This document shows positions 7,393 to 16,593 of a stretch of DNA of 45,355 nucleotides, in pieces. Made by a program: the position numbers and the translations under genes. Source of the DNA: a virus (taxonomy: Duplodnaviria > Caudoviricetes). Where the stretch lies: IMG/VR virus record IMGVR_UViG_3300043220_000071, positions 1-45,355 of that record; one strand, written 5' to 3'. Positions within the stretch are counted from its first letter, which is position 1, and the number at the start of each line of letters is the position of its first letter. The notes beneath the pieces were generated by a model, which ran no database searches, was not told the DNA's origin, and was given only the letters and a program-made list of their open reading frames with translations.

Positions 7393-10300
7393 TCATCTAG
7401 CAATACCAGCGAACGCTTCCTCACCTAACGCTGCCTCTTCCTCACGACTCAGCTGCCGCTCCAGCAAGTCAGGGTAGAACTTCGCCAGAATGACTTGGTT
7501 GCTCTGTAACATCTCGTCTCGGCGGGGATCAAGGAAAACGTCGCGCACCCTCCCCCTGCGAAAGAGCATCGCAAACCGCAATATCTTGCTGGATATGCCT
7601 AACTCCTTCGCGGCGAGAATCATGGCCACAACACGGCTGAGTTCCCGCCTCGTGCGCCGTAGGAAGTCGCGTTGGAAATCCCCTACGGATACGTTCACGA
7701 ACTCGTCCAGCTCCTCACCCTCTTTTAACGTGAGGCCCTTGTATTTCGGCGTGTCAAAGAGCTTGTCCACTACGCCCTGTGCCTTGCGGAACTCCGTCAC
7801 GGTCGGCGTGTCAAACTTGCGGATGAACTCCATCACCCGTCGTCTATCACCCGATGACAAACCTTTCAGGGCGGTGTCACGGGCCTTGAAGAATCCGTCC
7901 CAATCCACTTCACCATCTGGCTGCGCGAAGTCGTCCACGTTGACATCAAAGTAGGCGTCGATGGCGGCGTTGACTGAACCTGACGGAGCCTCTTTGTCAT
8001 CAAACTCTATCTGGAAATCAGCCTTGATCTGTTCGCGTCGGTTGAAGAAGTCCCTCTGTCGGTCACGGTATTTCTCCCGCCAAGCATCACCCGACCATTG
8101 ACCAGAGTTCAGGTTGGCATCGTCGTCCAGTTGCTCGGTCTGCTGCACCTCACGGGTAGCCTCAATCGCCTCAAACCCCTGGCCCTGTGGGGTTGTCTGG
8201 CCCCTGAGTTTTGCCGTCTCCCGCCGCAACTCTAGCTCTTGCCCAATCCGTACCTCAACCTCGTCGTCTATCTCGTTGGCGCGAGGTGAGTCGGTTGCCT
8301 TGATGTCTTCGTAACTGCCCTCAATCCCCTTCTCCCGCATCACCTCACCACGGATGCGGTCAAGGAGTTGGGGCGTCGTCTCCGCCCGCAGGTTGATACC
8401 GGTGGCCTGAACCCCTAAGCCCGTGGTGCCCAACCGAGCCTCACCTGGCTGGATCAGCCCCTCCGTCTCCTCAATGTTGCTGCGGAGGAGTTCCAGCCCT
8501 GCTTGGCCGGGGCCGATGGGGGCAAACAAGTCCTGGGCGAGCTGTGCCGTGCGGGAGAAGATACCTCCCGGTCCTACAGTATCAATGGGTGCCCCAAAGA
8601 AGTCCTTGCCCGTGGCCTGGCTGACCCCCGCACGCACAGGTACGCTATAGCGGGCAGACAGGAAGCTCTTGGGGTCAAGGGTGCGGAACGCGGTGTCCAT
8701 CTGCCCCATGAGGTCTATCGTTACCTGAACTCCCGACCGCCCCGTCAACGGTATGTTGGGCGCGGCAAAGTCGGTGTTGTATCCGAAGGGTAGCGGTCCC
8801 CACTTGTCCTTCGATATGGGAGTGTACCTGCTTATCGGCAGGGGCTCGCCAGTCGAGGCGAAGTGAATAGTGTTTGCAAGGGCTATGACGCCAAGGTACG
8901 TCCCCAGCAGGCGGGTTCGGAAGTACGCCGCGTTCTCTCCCCTGATCGCCCCCGTGAACGCCCTCAACAGACCTTCCTGCTCATTCAGGCTGAAGAGAAA
9001 GCGGGTGAGGAACCAGCGGGCTTGCTGGTTCTGGACAACGCTCATGCCGGCGGGAATAGTCGAGTAGCTGGCGTTTGCTTGTTTGGCGATCATCCCCGCC
9101 AGTTGACGGTCAGGCAGGTCGGGGTGCTGCCGCATAATCATAGGCCCGATGTTGTTCTTTATATCGCTCAGAGTAGCAGCGGGGTAAACCCCCTTGAACA
9201 GCCCGTTACGCCACGCCCGCTCCAGGTCGGCCAGGAGACGGAAGGGGGCCTTGCCCATCTGCACTATTCTCGGCTCTGCCCGCACCTCAGCAATAACCTT
9301 GTCCAGTTCAGGGAATATCGTCTCATCTCGAAGGCTCAGACCCTCCTCGCTTATCATCTTGTTGGAAATCCTCCGACCCTTCCACAGCGGGGTGTCGTCC
9401 ACCGCCAGCCTGCTTAATCTGCTTCGGAAGCCCGGACTGAAGGTCGAACGGACAATATCAACGGCGCTCTTAGGCCACTTCGCCAGGTGAGTCACCGCAG
9501 CGACGGGCTGGCCGCGCCTCACCGCGTCCACAAAGCCCGTCCATGCCCCGACATGGGAGCGTCCAAGGAAGTCAACGTGCTGGAAGACCGAACCGATGAG
9601 CTTAGCCCGCTTAGGCAGGAAAACGGCAGCGTCCACGGCCTTCTGAAAATCTACGATCTTGCCGAATATCTCACCCTTCCCCAGTTTGGGGGTCACGCCG
9701 TAGACGTTCTCCAGCCGGTTCGCCAGCGAGTCAGGTACAGCCCAACGGCGGGTAAAGGCCACCCCACCGCCAGGGGCAGCGTAGGGTTTGCCCTCAAACG
9801 CAGAACCGACCCTGGGGACGCGCCAGCCCTCGGGAACAGTCCCCCCTGTGTGGGGGAGGGCCAATTCCTTAGCCTTAATTTTGTCGATGAGCTTCATCTG
9901 CTCCCTGTACTTGATGCCCATGAGCCGCGAAAACCGCGCCTGCTCTGCGGGGTTCTCAAACAGCGGCCTAAACCCTGCCTCTATCATCTCGTCATAGGTG
10001 GCGTTGACTCTGGGGAGCCTGAACGCCGGGCTGCGGCCTAACGCGCCCCTGGCCTCTCCAGTGAACATCCCCTCCGGCGGTTGCCAGCCACGGAAGAAGT
10101 AGTCCTCCACAAGCGCCTGATCGGGGTCGAAGTCAACCCGTGCCGCCTGCTCCCAATCGGTTTGTGCGCGGAGTTCGTCATAGATGGGGCGCAACCGTTC
10201 GGGGACGGCCATCTCACCCGATGTTACCTTAGTGGGGTTATGCAAGAGACGGTTGAGTTCATCGAACGCACCCTCCTCCTTGGCCACAACCGACTGGCGG

Positions 10301-11451
10301 AAGCGCCGCCCGAGGCCAGCGTCCACCAGTAAGTTGTTAACGTCCTCTGCCGCATTTGCCGCGATTCTCGTCTCAGTGTTGATGACCCCCTGATGACGGC
10401 GGACCAGCGTTTCCCCTGGCTTCTCGCCCTTCAGGGCCGCTTCAAGGATGCCGTCAAACTCTGGGTCGTCGGGAGTCAGCCTACCCGTAGGCGGTTCTTT
10501 CGGCGGCGGGCCTGGGTCGCCCTTCGCTATGTGGGGGTCAAGTCCCCCAGCCTCCGCCGCCAGGGTGCGCCGCAATTGGGGTGACGTGATGGCCTTTCTA
10601 GCCGCGCCTACCGCTGGGCGTACCGCCATGCCGCCCGCAAACCCACCTCCCAGGCCACCCACTAGTTCACCAACAAAAGGCGGCACTCCAACTTCCTCTG
10701 CGACCTTTCCACCCACAAAAGCACCGCCACTGCCCGTCACGGCGGTCGCGGGGCCAATCAACGGCCCACCAACACCAAGCGTACCGATTGTCGCGCCGAG
10801 TTCAGCGGGCGTCCTCAACCCTGGAATCTTGCCTGCGATGCCGGGGAAAGGAGGCTCACCAGCAGGAGCGCCAATATCAAACGCTGGGAACTCAGGCGAC
10901 TCAGGGGAGATACCCCTTGTTAGGGCTTCCTCCTGTGCTGGCGTGGGGTCTATTCCGATTCGGGGCTGGCCCGTTGAGTACGATATGTTGTAACCCTTCT
11001 TGAGGGCCGCGTCTAGTTCCTCTGGCGTCAGGGGCTCACCCGTTCGGGCCTTGCGCTGCAAGGATACCCCCATAGGGTCTTGACGGACTTCTGGTGGCGT
11101 CGGAACTCGTGTTTCTAGCCTGTCCACGAACCGCCCGAACGGTGACGGGCTGGGCTCGAACGTCGGACGCGCAGACGGCTGCTGCCGCTGCTCCACCTCA
11201 CGAAAGCGGGCCATTTTCTCGTCCAACTCCAGTCCCCGTGCCCGCTCAGCCTCCATCTCAGTGTTGACGGACTGCGCCTGATCCAGTTGCGTCCCTCTTG
11301 TCCGTTCCTGCTCCATCTCGGCCTGTATCTCCTGGGTGCGGCGCTGCTCGAACTGGGCAAGTTCCTGCTTGCGCTGAACCTCTCGCTGGGTCTGGTCCTG
11401 AATGCGTCTCAGGCGCATATCAGGGGTGACGTAGGAGGAGTATCTAACCAT
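7393..11451 (-). CDS. Large internal virion (ejection/polyvalent-type) protein
   Basis: 1352 aa; N-terminal coiled coil, Gly-rich hydrophobic segment, QATGKDFFGAPI motif resembling large polyvalent protein domains. Confidence 0.7.
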   Translation of the reverse strand: MVRYSSYVTPDMRLRRIQDQTQREVQRKQELAQFEQRRTQEIQAEMEQERTRGTQLDQAQSVNTEMEAERARGLELDEKMARFREVEQRQQPSARPTFEPSPSPFGRFVDRLETRVPTPPEVRQDPMGVSLQRKARTGEPLTPEELDAALKKGYNISYSTGQPRIGIDPTPAQEEALTRGISPESPEFPAFDIGAPAGEPPFPGIAGKIPGLRTPAELGATIGTLGVGGPLIGPATAVTGSGGAFVGGKVAEEVGVPPFVGELVGGLGGGFAGGMAVRPAVGAARKAITSPQLRRTLAAEAGGLDPHIAKGDPGPPPKEPPTGRLTPDDPEFDGILEAALKGEKPGETLVRRHQGVINTETRIAANAAEDVNNLLVDAGLGRRFRQSVVAKEEGAFDELNRLLHNPTKVTSGEMAVPERLRPIYDELRAQTDWEQAARVDFDPDQALVEDYFFRGWQPPEGMFTGEARGALGRSPAFRLPRVNATYDEMIEAGFRPLFENPAEQARFSRLMGIKYREQMKLIDKIKAKELALPHTGGTVPEGWRVPRVGSAFEGKPYAAPGGGVAFTRRWAVPDSLANRLENVYGVTPKLGKGEIFGKIVDFQKAVDAAVFLPKRAKLIGSVFQHVDFLGRSHVGAWTGFVDAVRRGQPVAAVTHLAKWPKSAVDIVRSTFSPGFRSRLSRLAVDDTPLWKGRRISNKMISEEGLSLRDETIFPELDKVIAEVRAEPRIVQMGKAPFRLLADLERAWRNGLFKGVYPAATLSDIKNNIGPMIMRQHPDLPDRQLAGMIAKQANASYSTIPAGMSVVQNQQARWFLTRFLFSLNEQEGLLRAFTGAIRGENAAYFRTRLLGTYLGVIALANTIHFASTGEPLPISRYTPISKDKWGPLPFGYNTDFAAPNIPLTGRSGVQVTIDLMGQMDTAFRTLDPKSFLSARYSVPVRAGVSQATGKDFFGAPIDTVGPGGIFSRTAQLAQDLFAPIGPGQAGLELLRSNIEETEGLIQPGEARLGTTGLGVQATGINLRAETTPQLLDRIRGEVMREKGIEGSYEDIKATDSPRANEIDDEVEVRIGQELELRRETAKLRGQTTPQGQGFEAIEATREVQQTEQLDDDANLNSGQWSGDAWREKYRDRQRDFFNRREQIKADFQIEFDDKEAPSGSVNAAIDAYFDVNVDDFAQPDGEVDWDGFFKARDTALKGLSSGDRRRVMEFIRKFDTPTVTEFRKAQGVVDKLFDTPKYKGLTLKEGEELDEFVNVSVGDFQRDFLRRTRRELSRVVAMILAAKELGISSKILRFAMLFRRGRVRDVFLDPRRDEMLQSNQVILAKFYPDLLERQLSREEEAALGEEAFAGIAR

Positions 11452-11809
11452 TCCGCTCTACCCACTTCTTAAACTCGATCATCCCAGGCCCGAACCCCAT
11501 CTCGGCGATATATTGACTCAATCGGTCGTCCAAGGCTGCTGCGTTAAACGCAATGCCGAGGTAGTCCCGCTTCTCGTCTTCAGGCGATTGCTTCACCGAC
11601 CCTACGGGGCGGTTGGGGACGACGTTCAGATTTCCCTTAATCTCCTCGACCCTTTTCTGTGCGGCATTGAGGATGCGGTCGTAGCGCCCCGTAGGGTCTT
11701 CGAGATTGGGAGAGCCAAAGTTATTCACTGATTCCCGCCAGTTGTGATTCCTGCTGACCTCGTGTAGCCCTAGCGGTGTTCGCCGCCGTGCGAGCCAACT
11801 GTCCCCCAC
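11444..11809 (-). CDS. Hypothetical protein (true start may be downstream, overlapping the portal stop)
   Basis: ORF between the portal and the large internal protein, overlapping both. Confidence 0.6.
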   Translation of the reverse strand: MGDSWLARRRTPLGLHEVSRNHNWRESVNNFGSPNLEDPTGRYDRILNAAQKRVEEIKGNLNVVPNRPVGSVKQSPEDEKRDYLGIAFNAAALDDRLSQYIAEMGFGPGMIEFKKWVERNG

Positions 11810-13622
11810 CGCCCAACTCGGGCGGGACGTCGCCCTGGAAGCGAGCTAAGAGCGCCTGCTGAGCTTGCTGGGGTAGGTCGGCGAAGCCTTGAGCGATGGC
11901 CGCTATCTCCTCCGGCGACAGCTCTCCGGCGGCAACCTGGGCCTGCCGCTTCAGGGTATCGATGTACTGGTCAACCAGAGCGTTCACAACTAACTGCTCG
12001 TTCACGCTATCGACCATCTCCATTGGGTTTTCGATGTCCAGTTCTCCTTGAAGGACGGCGACGTCCGAGAGTAGAGGTCGTTGTCCCGGCCCGCGAGCTT
12101 CCGTGAGTAATCGGGCGTTGGTCACCGCCGCGCCACGGTTCACGGGTAGAGCTAGTTTAATTACCCCCTGAAGCAGGAGGTCGTATTTCTCCGCGTCCTC
12201 TCTGGTGAGCGAAATCTCCCTGGAGCCGTGTTTGCTGTCGGCCTCTCTCACGGTTACTTTGTCGTCTTCCGGCAATGCCCTAAGGTGCAATTTACAGATG
12301 TTGGCGAAGCCGTCCTCTAAATTGGAGTGGGGCACGGAGAGTTCAGTGATCTGGGCCTGGCGGGCGGTATCCAAGTGAACGGCGGACTGCCCCGCTGGCC
12401 CTTGGCCAATGGTTTCAGGTCTGTGCGCCCCTGACCTATCGAGGTACTGCGCCCCGAAGGCGACCAGTTGGAATAGATTGGGATTCACCGTCGCGGTAGG
12501 GAACCTCCCCAACTCCTCTTGACCTTCCTCACCACCGTAGAGGACGACGTTCTCGTTGGCTCGGATGTCTATGGTTTTCTCCTCGATGCCTAACGCTGTC
12601 CGTAGTCTTGGGAACAACCTCGCCCAGAGCGGGGATTCTACCTCTTTGCGGGTGACGGTCCTTAAGTCAGTAATGGACTCATCGAGCATCTGCACCATTT
12701 CCCTGCCGTGGTAAGACGCCCCTCTGCGGGTGTGGCCTCTGTCGTTCTGTCTCATGGGATCGAAGCGGATGAACGTGTACGGCAGCATCCCCAATCCGTG
12801 CTCCCACGGTTCTTTCAAGAACATCGCGTCCCGCTTGAAGACCTTACCCTTCCCCTGTCTCAGAATGGACGCAACGTACTTGTGGTTCGCGTACTCGATG
12901 ACTTCCAGCTCGGTGTCTTTTTTGAGGTCGTCGGGCAGGTCTATGGCCCCGAAGCGGGTTTCGATGATGTCTTTCGTTATCTTCCTAACCTCGAACACTT
13001 CCGCGATGCCGCGTTCGTCCCACTCCCTATACGTCGAAACCGGGTCAACGTACCGCCACACAATAGGCCAGTTATTATCCTTAGCCCTTTGAAGTTTCGC
13101 TTTTTGCTTCTTGATCTCCTCTTCGGGAGCGCCCTCGGAAACCAGGGAATTTAACTTGTCAACCTCTTCCGCCACTTCGTCATCGGCCCAAAATTGAGGA
13201 GCGGGGAGGACTTTGGAGACGAACTCCCCGATTAAATTCTGGTCTAAGAGTCCGGTATCCCAGACGGGGAAATCCCCCTGGGAAAGCCACACGGCGATAT
13301 TCAGCCAGGGCTCAATTTTCCCTGATACATGTCTCTCCGCTTCTTGTCCTCCGACAGCGTTGACCCTCGCGGAAGGTCGGGGTCTTAGAACGTGGACGTT
13401 GCGGTCAATCTGGGTGCCGACGATCCCCATCCCCACGCCCCTGACCGTGTTCCTGTCTCCGCGCTGATCCTTTTTGTCCCCTGGATCGTAGGCGTTGATA
13501 ACGTGGTCTTGGTGGTATTGGGAGACCATCTGCTGATCGAGTTTCTGCTGAGAGCCGGACGAGGCTTCTTTCTCCCTGGCACGTTCATCGACCTTTTTAG
13601 GGTCGGGGAGGTCTTTTCTCAC
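11721..13622 (-). CDS. Portal protein (putative)
   Basis: 633 aa directly downstream of TerL with GTGA overlap; WEHGLGMLPY motif; Gln/Ala-rich C-terminus as in podoviral portals. Confidence 0.8.
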   Translation of the reverse strand: MRKDLPDPKKVDERAREKEASSGSQQKLDQQMVSQYHQDHVINAYDPGDKKDQRGDRNTVRGVGMGIVGTQIDRNVHVLRPRPSARVNAVGGQEAERHVSGKIEPWLNIAVWLSQGDFPVWDTGLLDQNLIGEFVSKVLPAPQFWADDEVAEEVDKLNSLVSEGAPEEEIKKQKAKLQRAKDNNWPIVWRYVDPVSTYREWDERGIAEVFEVRKITKDIIETRFGAIDLPDDLKKDTELEVIEYANHKYVASILRQGKGKVFKRDAMFLKEPWEHGLGMLPYTFIRFDPMRQNDRGHTRRGASYHGREMVQMLDESITDLRTVTRKEVESPLWARLFPRLRTALGIEEKTIDIRANENVVLYGGEEGQEELGRFPTATVNPNLFQLVAFGAQYLDRSGAHRPETIGQGPAGQSAVHLDTARQAQITELSVPHSNLEDGFANICKLHLRALPEDDKVTVREADSKHGSREISLTREDAEKYDLLLQGVIKLALPVNRGAAVTNARLLTEARGPGQRPLLSDVAVLQGELDIENPMEMVDSVNEQLVVNALVDQYIDTLKRQAQVAAGELSPEEIAAIAQGFADLPQQAQQALLARFQGDVPPELGGGGQLARTAANTARATRGQQESQLAGISE

Positions 13623-15802
13623 GCCAGGACTCCGTGTTCCACTAGCTTCGGCGGCTTAAACCCAATCGGCATGGCTTCTATCTCTTGGAGGGCATCTGCC
13701 GCCGCATCCCACGCATGATCTGGGGTGTTAACGTCAAACTTGTCCGTCTCCAATTCGCGGCCTCTTCTTTTAGCCCAGGACAGCCCTGAGGCTTCGCGGA
13801 TGAGGAACTGGGACTCGTTACAGATGGTCAACATTCCTTGACTCAACGGTGTTATCCACGACTTCACTCTCAATTCAATCCGGTTGGAGCGGGCCTTGAT
13901 TGCGGGGATGCCTTTTTCCTGCATCCACCGAATTCTGTCTTTCCCAGAGGGGTCGCAGACGAACAGAGTGATCCCGTCGTCCATCGCGTCCCGGCACGCC
14001 TTAACGAACGTTTCGTCGTTACAGTCTCGTTTGTACAGCCACTCCCGTAAATATCTATGACCCGTCTTTGTGACGGCGCACTCCACAATCGCCGTGGCAC
14101 TCTGAACGCCGAAGTCCACCCCCGCTATTTTTCTGATGAACAGTTCGTCCGGCCAGGGGGCGATATGCTTGTCAGGGTCGAAGTTGGGCAGGACCAACCC
14201 CTCCATTTGGACGAACTCCCCCAGAACGTACTGGCGGTACATCGGAGTCCCTTCGATGTAGGTCTGGGTCATCCTCTCGATATACCCATCGGGGAGATTT
14301 GCTTTGTTCTCAAAAGTAGAGCCAGGGAACAGAACATGCCCGGTTTCTTTCGCCGTGGGATTATCGACCCACTCCCGCCACAGCCAGTTCCTCCCTGAGG
14401 GGGTGGTGGCGACGCCCAGCCAGTGCCTAAACCCTTTTTGCCTCAGACGGCCCACCAGATTCAGGTAAGCCTGCTCCTGGGAGCCGTGCTCGGTGGAGCC
14501 GGCCTCGTTCATCAGCGCCCACGCCACCTCGAACCCCACTAGCCTCTCAGGCGTCTCAGCGGCCTTGAGCATCCATAGACAGCCGTTTGCGAACTCAATC
14601 CGGTGGTTGGGACCACCTTTGCCCTGCTCAGTCCAGAAAGACCCCTCGTACTCGCCGAAGAAGCCCCTGAGTGTCGGCAAACACGACTCGGCGAACATCG
14701 CCGCCACGGGCTCCGTCCAGACTCCCCTGGAGCCGGGGTTTTCTATCGTGTACATCCAGCACTTGATGACCCCCCCCGCTGTTTTGCCTGAGTTGTGGTG
14801 CCAAAGGCCATTGGCTGAGTAGTGGTGAAGATGGGGAACCGTTAGATCGTAGTAATCGCCATAGCGGTCGAATGTCACCCGCACTATAGAGTCCCAGAAT
14901 GTGCTATAATGAACACATGGGAAAGGGAATGGGTCCTGGATCGCAGAAGACACAATTTCAGCGGCGGCTCGATTATGCTCAGGTGTTAAAGCTGTATCGG
15001 GAACTTGGAACGCAGCGTCGGGTAGCCGAGAGGCTGGGCTCGAATCAAGGGACGATCTCAGGAATACTCCGTTCTCAAGGTGTACGCGTGGGTGTCGGCC
15101 CCGTGACAAAATACGATCTACCGATGGACGAGATCGCGTCCCGTTATCTAGCGGGCGAGACCTGCCGAGAGATTGCGAAAGACTACGGCGTTGACGATGA
15201 GCGCATTCGCCGCCGCTTGAAATCGAAAGGTGTAACGAGGCGGAATGGCGGAGGGCCAAAGGGGAGCAAGAACTTTTTCTGGAAGGGGGGTTTTCAGCCC
15301 ACGATGCACTACTATCGGCGACAATCATACGAGGTAGCGGCAATCTGTTTAGGATACCCGCTGCCCCAAGGAATGATAATCCATCACTTGGACGAGAACC
15401 CGAGGAATAACAATCCCGACAACCTCTGCCTATTTGAGAATCAAGGAGACCATGCCCGCTTCCATCTGCGGCTACACAATCTCCAGCGGACAGGTCAGAA
15501 AGTTGACGCCATCCAGACGGCGTTAGAAAACGGTGGCCGAGAGTTACCACCACCTCCCGCCCCGATTTCGTTACCACTCGGTACAAGTCGGCGCGACCCT
15601 TCAAGAAAGAGGCGGTCGCAGGGGATGAGCCCAACAGCGTCCTGACATCCCCGCGTTCTCTGTCTGCAACTGGCATTCCTGAAACAAGAGTCTCCGCAGC
15701 TACGCATCCCTGACCCCCCATGAACGCCGGGAACGCGGCCTCGGAGCGGACAAACCCGTCCTGTGCGCCCTTGTTCAGGGCGACCTCTACTTCAGTCGTC
15801 AT
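13619..15802 (-). CDS. terL: Terminase large subunit precursor containing an intein (predicted spliced product 422 aa)
   Basis: Walker A GGQG|SGKT split by the intein; Walker B-like ALMNEAG; ATTPSGRNW coupling motif; GVDFG and DHAWDA RNase H-like nuclease motifs. Confidence 0.95.
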   Translation of the reverse strand: MTTEVEVALNKGAQDGFVRSEAAFPAFMGGQGCVAAETLVSGMPVADRERGDVRTLLGSSPATASFLKGRADLYRVVTKSGREVVVTLGHRFLTPSGWRQLSDLSAGDCVAADGSGHGLLDSQIGRGCRDCYSSGSRPSDGLSFLGAAGILNRLPLPRMIVADSSASWAENPPSRKSSCSPLALRHSASLHLSISSGGECAHRQRRSLSQSLGRSRPLDNGTRSRPSVDRILSRGRHPRVHLENGVFLRSSLDSSPASRLPDAAFQVPDTALTPEHNRAAAEIVSSAIQDPFPFPCVHYSTFWDSIVRVTFDRYGDYYDLTVPHLHHYSANGLWHHNSGKTAGGVIKCWMYTIENPGSRGVWTEPVAAMFAESCLPTLRGFFGEYEGSFWTEQGKGGPNHRIEFANGCLWMLKAAETPERLVGFEVAWALMNEAGSTEHGSQEQAYLNLVGRLRQKGFRHWLGVATTPSGRNWLWREWVDNPTAKETGHVLFPGSTFENKANLPDGYIERMTQTYIEGTPMYRQYVLGEFVQMEGLVLPNFDPDKHIAPWPDELFIRKIAGVDFGVQSATAIVECAVTKTGHRYLREWLYKRDCNDETFVKACRDAMDDGITLFVCDPSGKDRIRWMQEKGIPAIKARSNRIELRVKSWITPLSQGMLTICNESQFLIREASGLSWAKRRGRELETDKFDVNTPDHAWDAAADALQEIEAMPIGFKPPKLVEHGVLA
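14900..14910 (+). promoter_or_regulatory. Extended -10 promoter (TGTGCTATAAT) inside the intein, for the antisense HNH
   Basis: Consensus TGn-TATAAT ending 6 nt before ATG 14917 (leaderless spacing). Confidence 0.75.
14917..15645 (+). CDS. HTH-HTH-HNH homing endonuclease encoded antisense within the intein
   Basis: Two helix-turn-helix units (TQRRVAERLGSNQGTISGIL; TCREIAKDYGVDDERIRRRL), GSKNFFWKGG motif, HNH core IIHHLDENPRNNNPDNLCLFENQGDHARFH. Confidence 0.9.
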   Translation: MGKGMGPGSQKTQFQRRLDYAQVLKLYRELGTQRRVAERLGSNQGTISGILRSQGVRVGVGPVTKYDLPMDEIASRYLAGETCREIAKDYGVDDERIRRRLKSKGVTRRNGGGPKGSKNFFWKGGFQPTMHYYRRQSYEVAAICLGYPLPQGMIIHHLDENPRNNNPDNLCLFENQGDHARFHLRLHNLQRTGQKVDAIQTALENGGRELPPPPAPISLPLGTSRRDPSRKRRSQGMSPTAS

Positions 15803-16068
15803 TTCGTGATGGGCTCCCCATACTGCTTACGCACATCCAAGCCGCGATTCCACATCTCCCGCGCCACCACCTTCATCAAGGCGGCGCTGATTACCACCGC
15901 CTCATCCACCGTCATGTGTATATCGTTGAAGTCGTGCAGGGAACGCATCTCAAGACGGATGATGTCCGCTTTGCAGTCCCACTTCGGGTTGTGGACGCGC
16001 CCAGCGCGGATGTACGTCCCGCCCGCTGCTAGCGCGCTAAACTCCCAGTTAGTTCTCTGTCTCTTCAT
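15799..16068 (-). CDS. Hypothetical protein
   Basis: 89 aa, ATGA overlap with terL. Confidence 0.7.
   Translation of the reverse strand: MKRQRTNWEFSALAAGGTYIRAGRVHNPKWDCKADIIRLEMRSLHDFNDIHMTVDEAVVISAALMKVVAREMWNRGLDVRKQYGEPITK
15800..15812 (-). promoter_or_regulatory. 13-bp motif CCATCACGAAATG, copy 2 (its ATG is the terL start codon)
   Basis: Exact copy lying between the GGGGAG SD and the terL ATG. Confidence 0.7.
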
Positions 16069-16213
16069 CTAGCCAGCCGCTCTCCCACCCCTGTAGGGCC
16101 ATCAACGCACTCTTCAGGCTATGTACACACTCACGAAACCGAGCATGCCAACGTAACTTTCCAACCCATATCCGCTTCATCCCCTGCTCCTTTCCCTGTA
16201 GTACAATCTAGGC

Positions 16214-16399
16214 ATGATTCCACCTCATCACGGCAGGTCTCAAGCCATGCGGCACATGCTCATGGTTTACTGGCGGCGGTGGGAAAACGGCTACCGAGGG
16301 AAGATGCCCTATGTTGTCGGCCCAGGCTGGCGACCCCCTGGAGGAGCCCCCATCCCGCGTGAGCCAAGATTTAAGGCTTACGTTTTCCGCTCTCTGTAG
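16214..16399 (+). CDS. Small antisense hypothetical protein, probably leaderless
   Basis: TACAAT at 16202-16207, 6 nt before the ATG; 61 aa. Confidence 0.45.
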   Translation: MIPPHHGRSQAMRHMLMVYWRRWENGYRGKMPYVVGPGWRPPGGAPIPREPRFKAYVFRSL

Positions 16400-16593
16400 G
16401 CCCGCTGGCGCTCTGCGTTCGTCTTGTGCTCTCTTGGACGGCCTGAACCTGTGCCGAATCCTCGCGTTACGTTAGCGGGTTCCGTAACACCCCTATCTGG
16501 CGTTACGTTAGCTTGGGGTGGTTTTGTTACGGTAGTTGGCCAGCACACAGGACACGTCCCAGCACCGCTGTAGCCGCACCTCTTACAGGACAT
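16378..16593 (-). CDS. Small protein with N-terminal CxxC-CxxC and basic C-terminal NAERQRAYRERK helix
   Basis: AAGGAG RBS before MSCKRC; the basic helix motif is common in phage DNA-binding proteins. Confidence 0.65.
   Translation of the reverse strand: MSCKRCGYSGAGTCPVCWPTTVTKPPQANVTPDRGVTEPANVTRGFGTGSGRPREHKTNAERQRAYRERKT

Larger units (their letters stand above)
14792..15706 (-). mobile_element. Intein (residues 33-337 of TerL, 305 aa)
   Basis: Block A CVAAETLV, block B VTLGHRFLT (TxxH), block F YYDLTVPHLHHYSANG, block G WHHN followed by Ser(+1). Confidence 0.93.

Noticed and set aside
7490-11003. Many plus-strand ORFs (60-184 aa) opposite the 1352-aa gene and other structural genes
   Set aside because: Shadow ORFs expected at high GC; unlike 14917..15645 they show no protein motifs or promoter
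14899-14916. ORF-track start at 14899 for the intein-embedded HNH
   Set aside because: That ATG lies upstream of and within the TGn-TATAAT element; ATG 14917 fits leaderless initiation better
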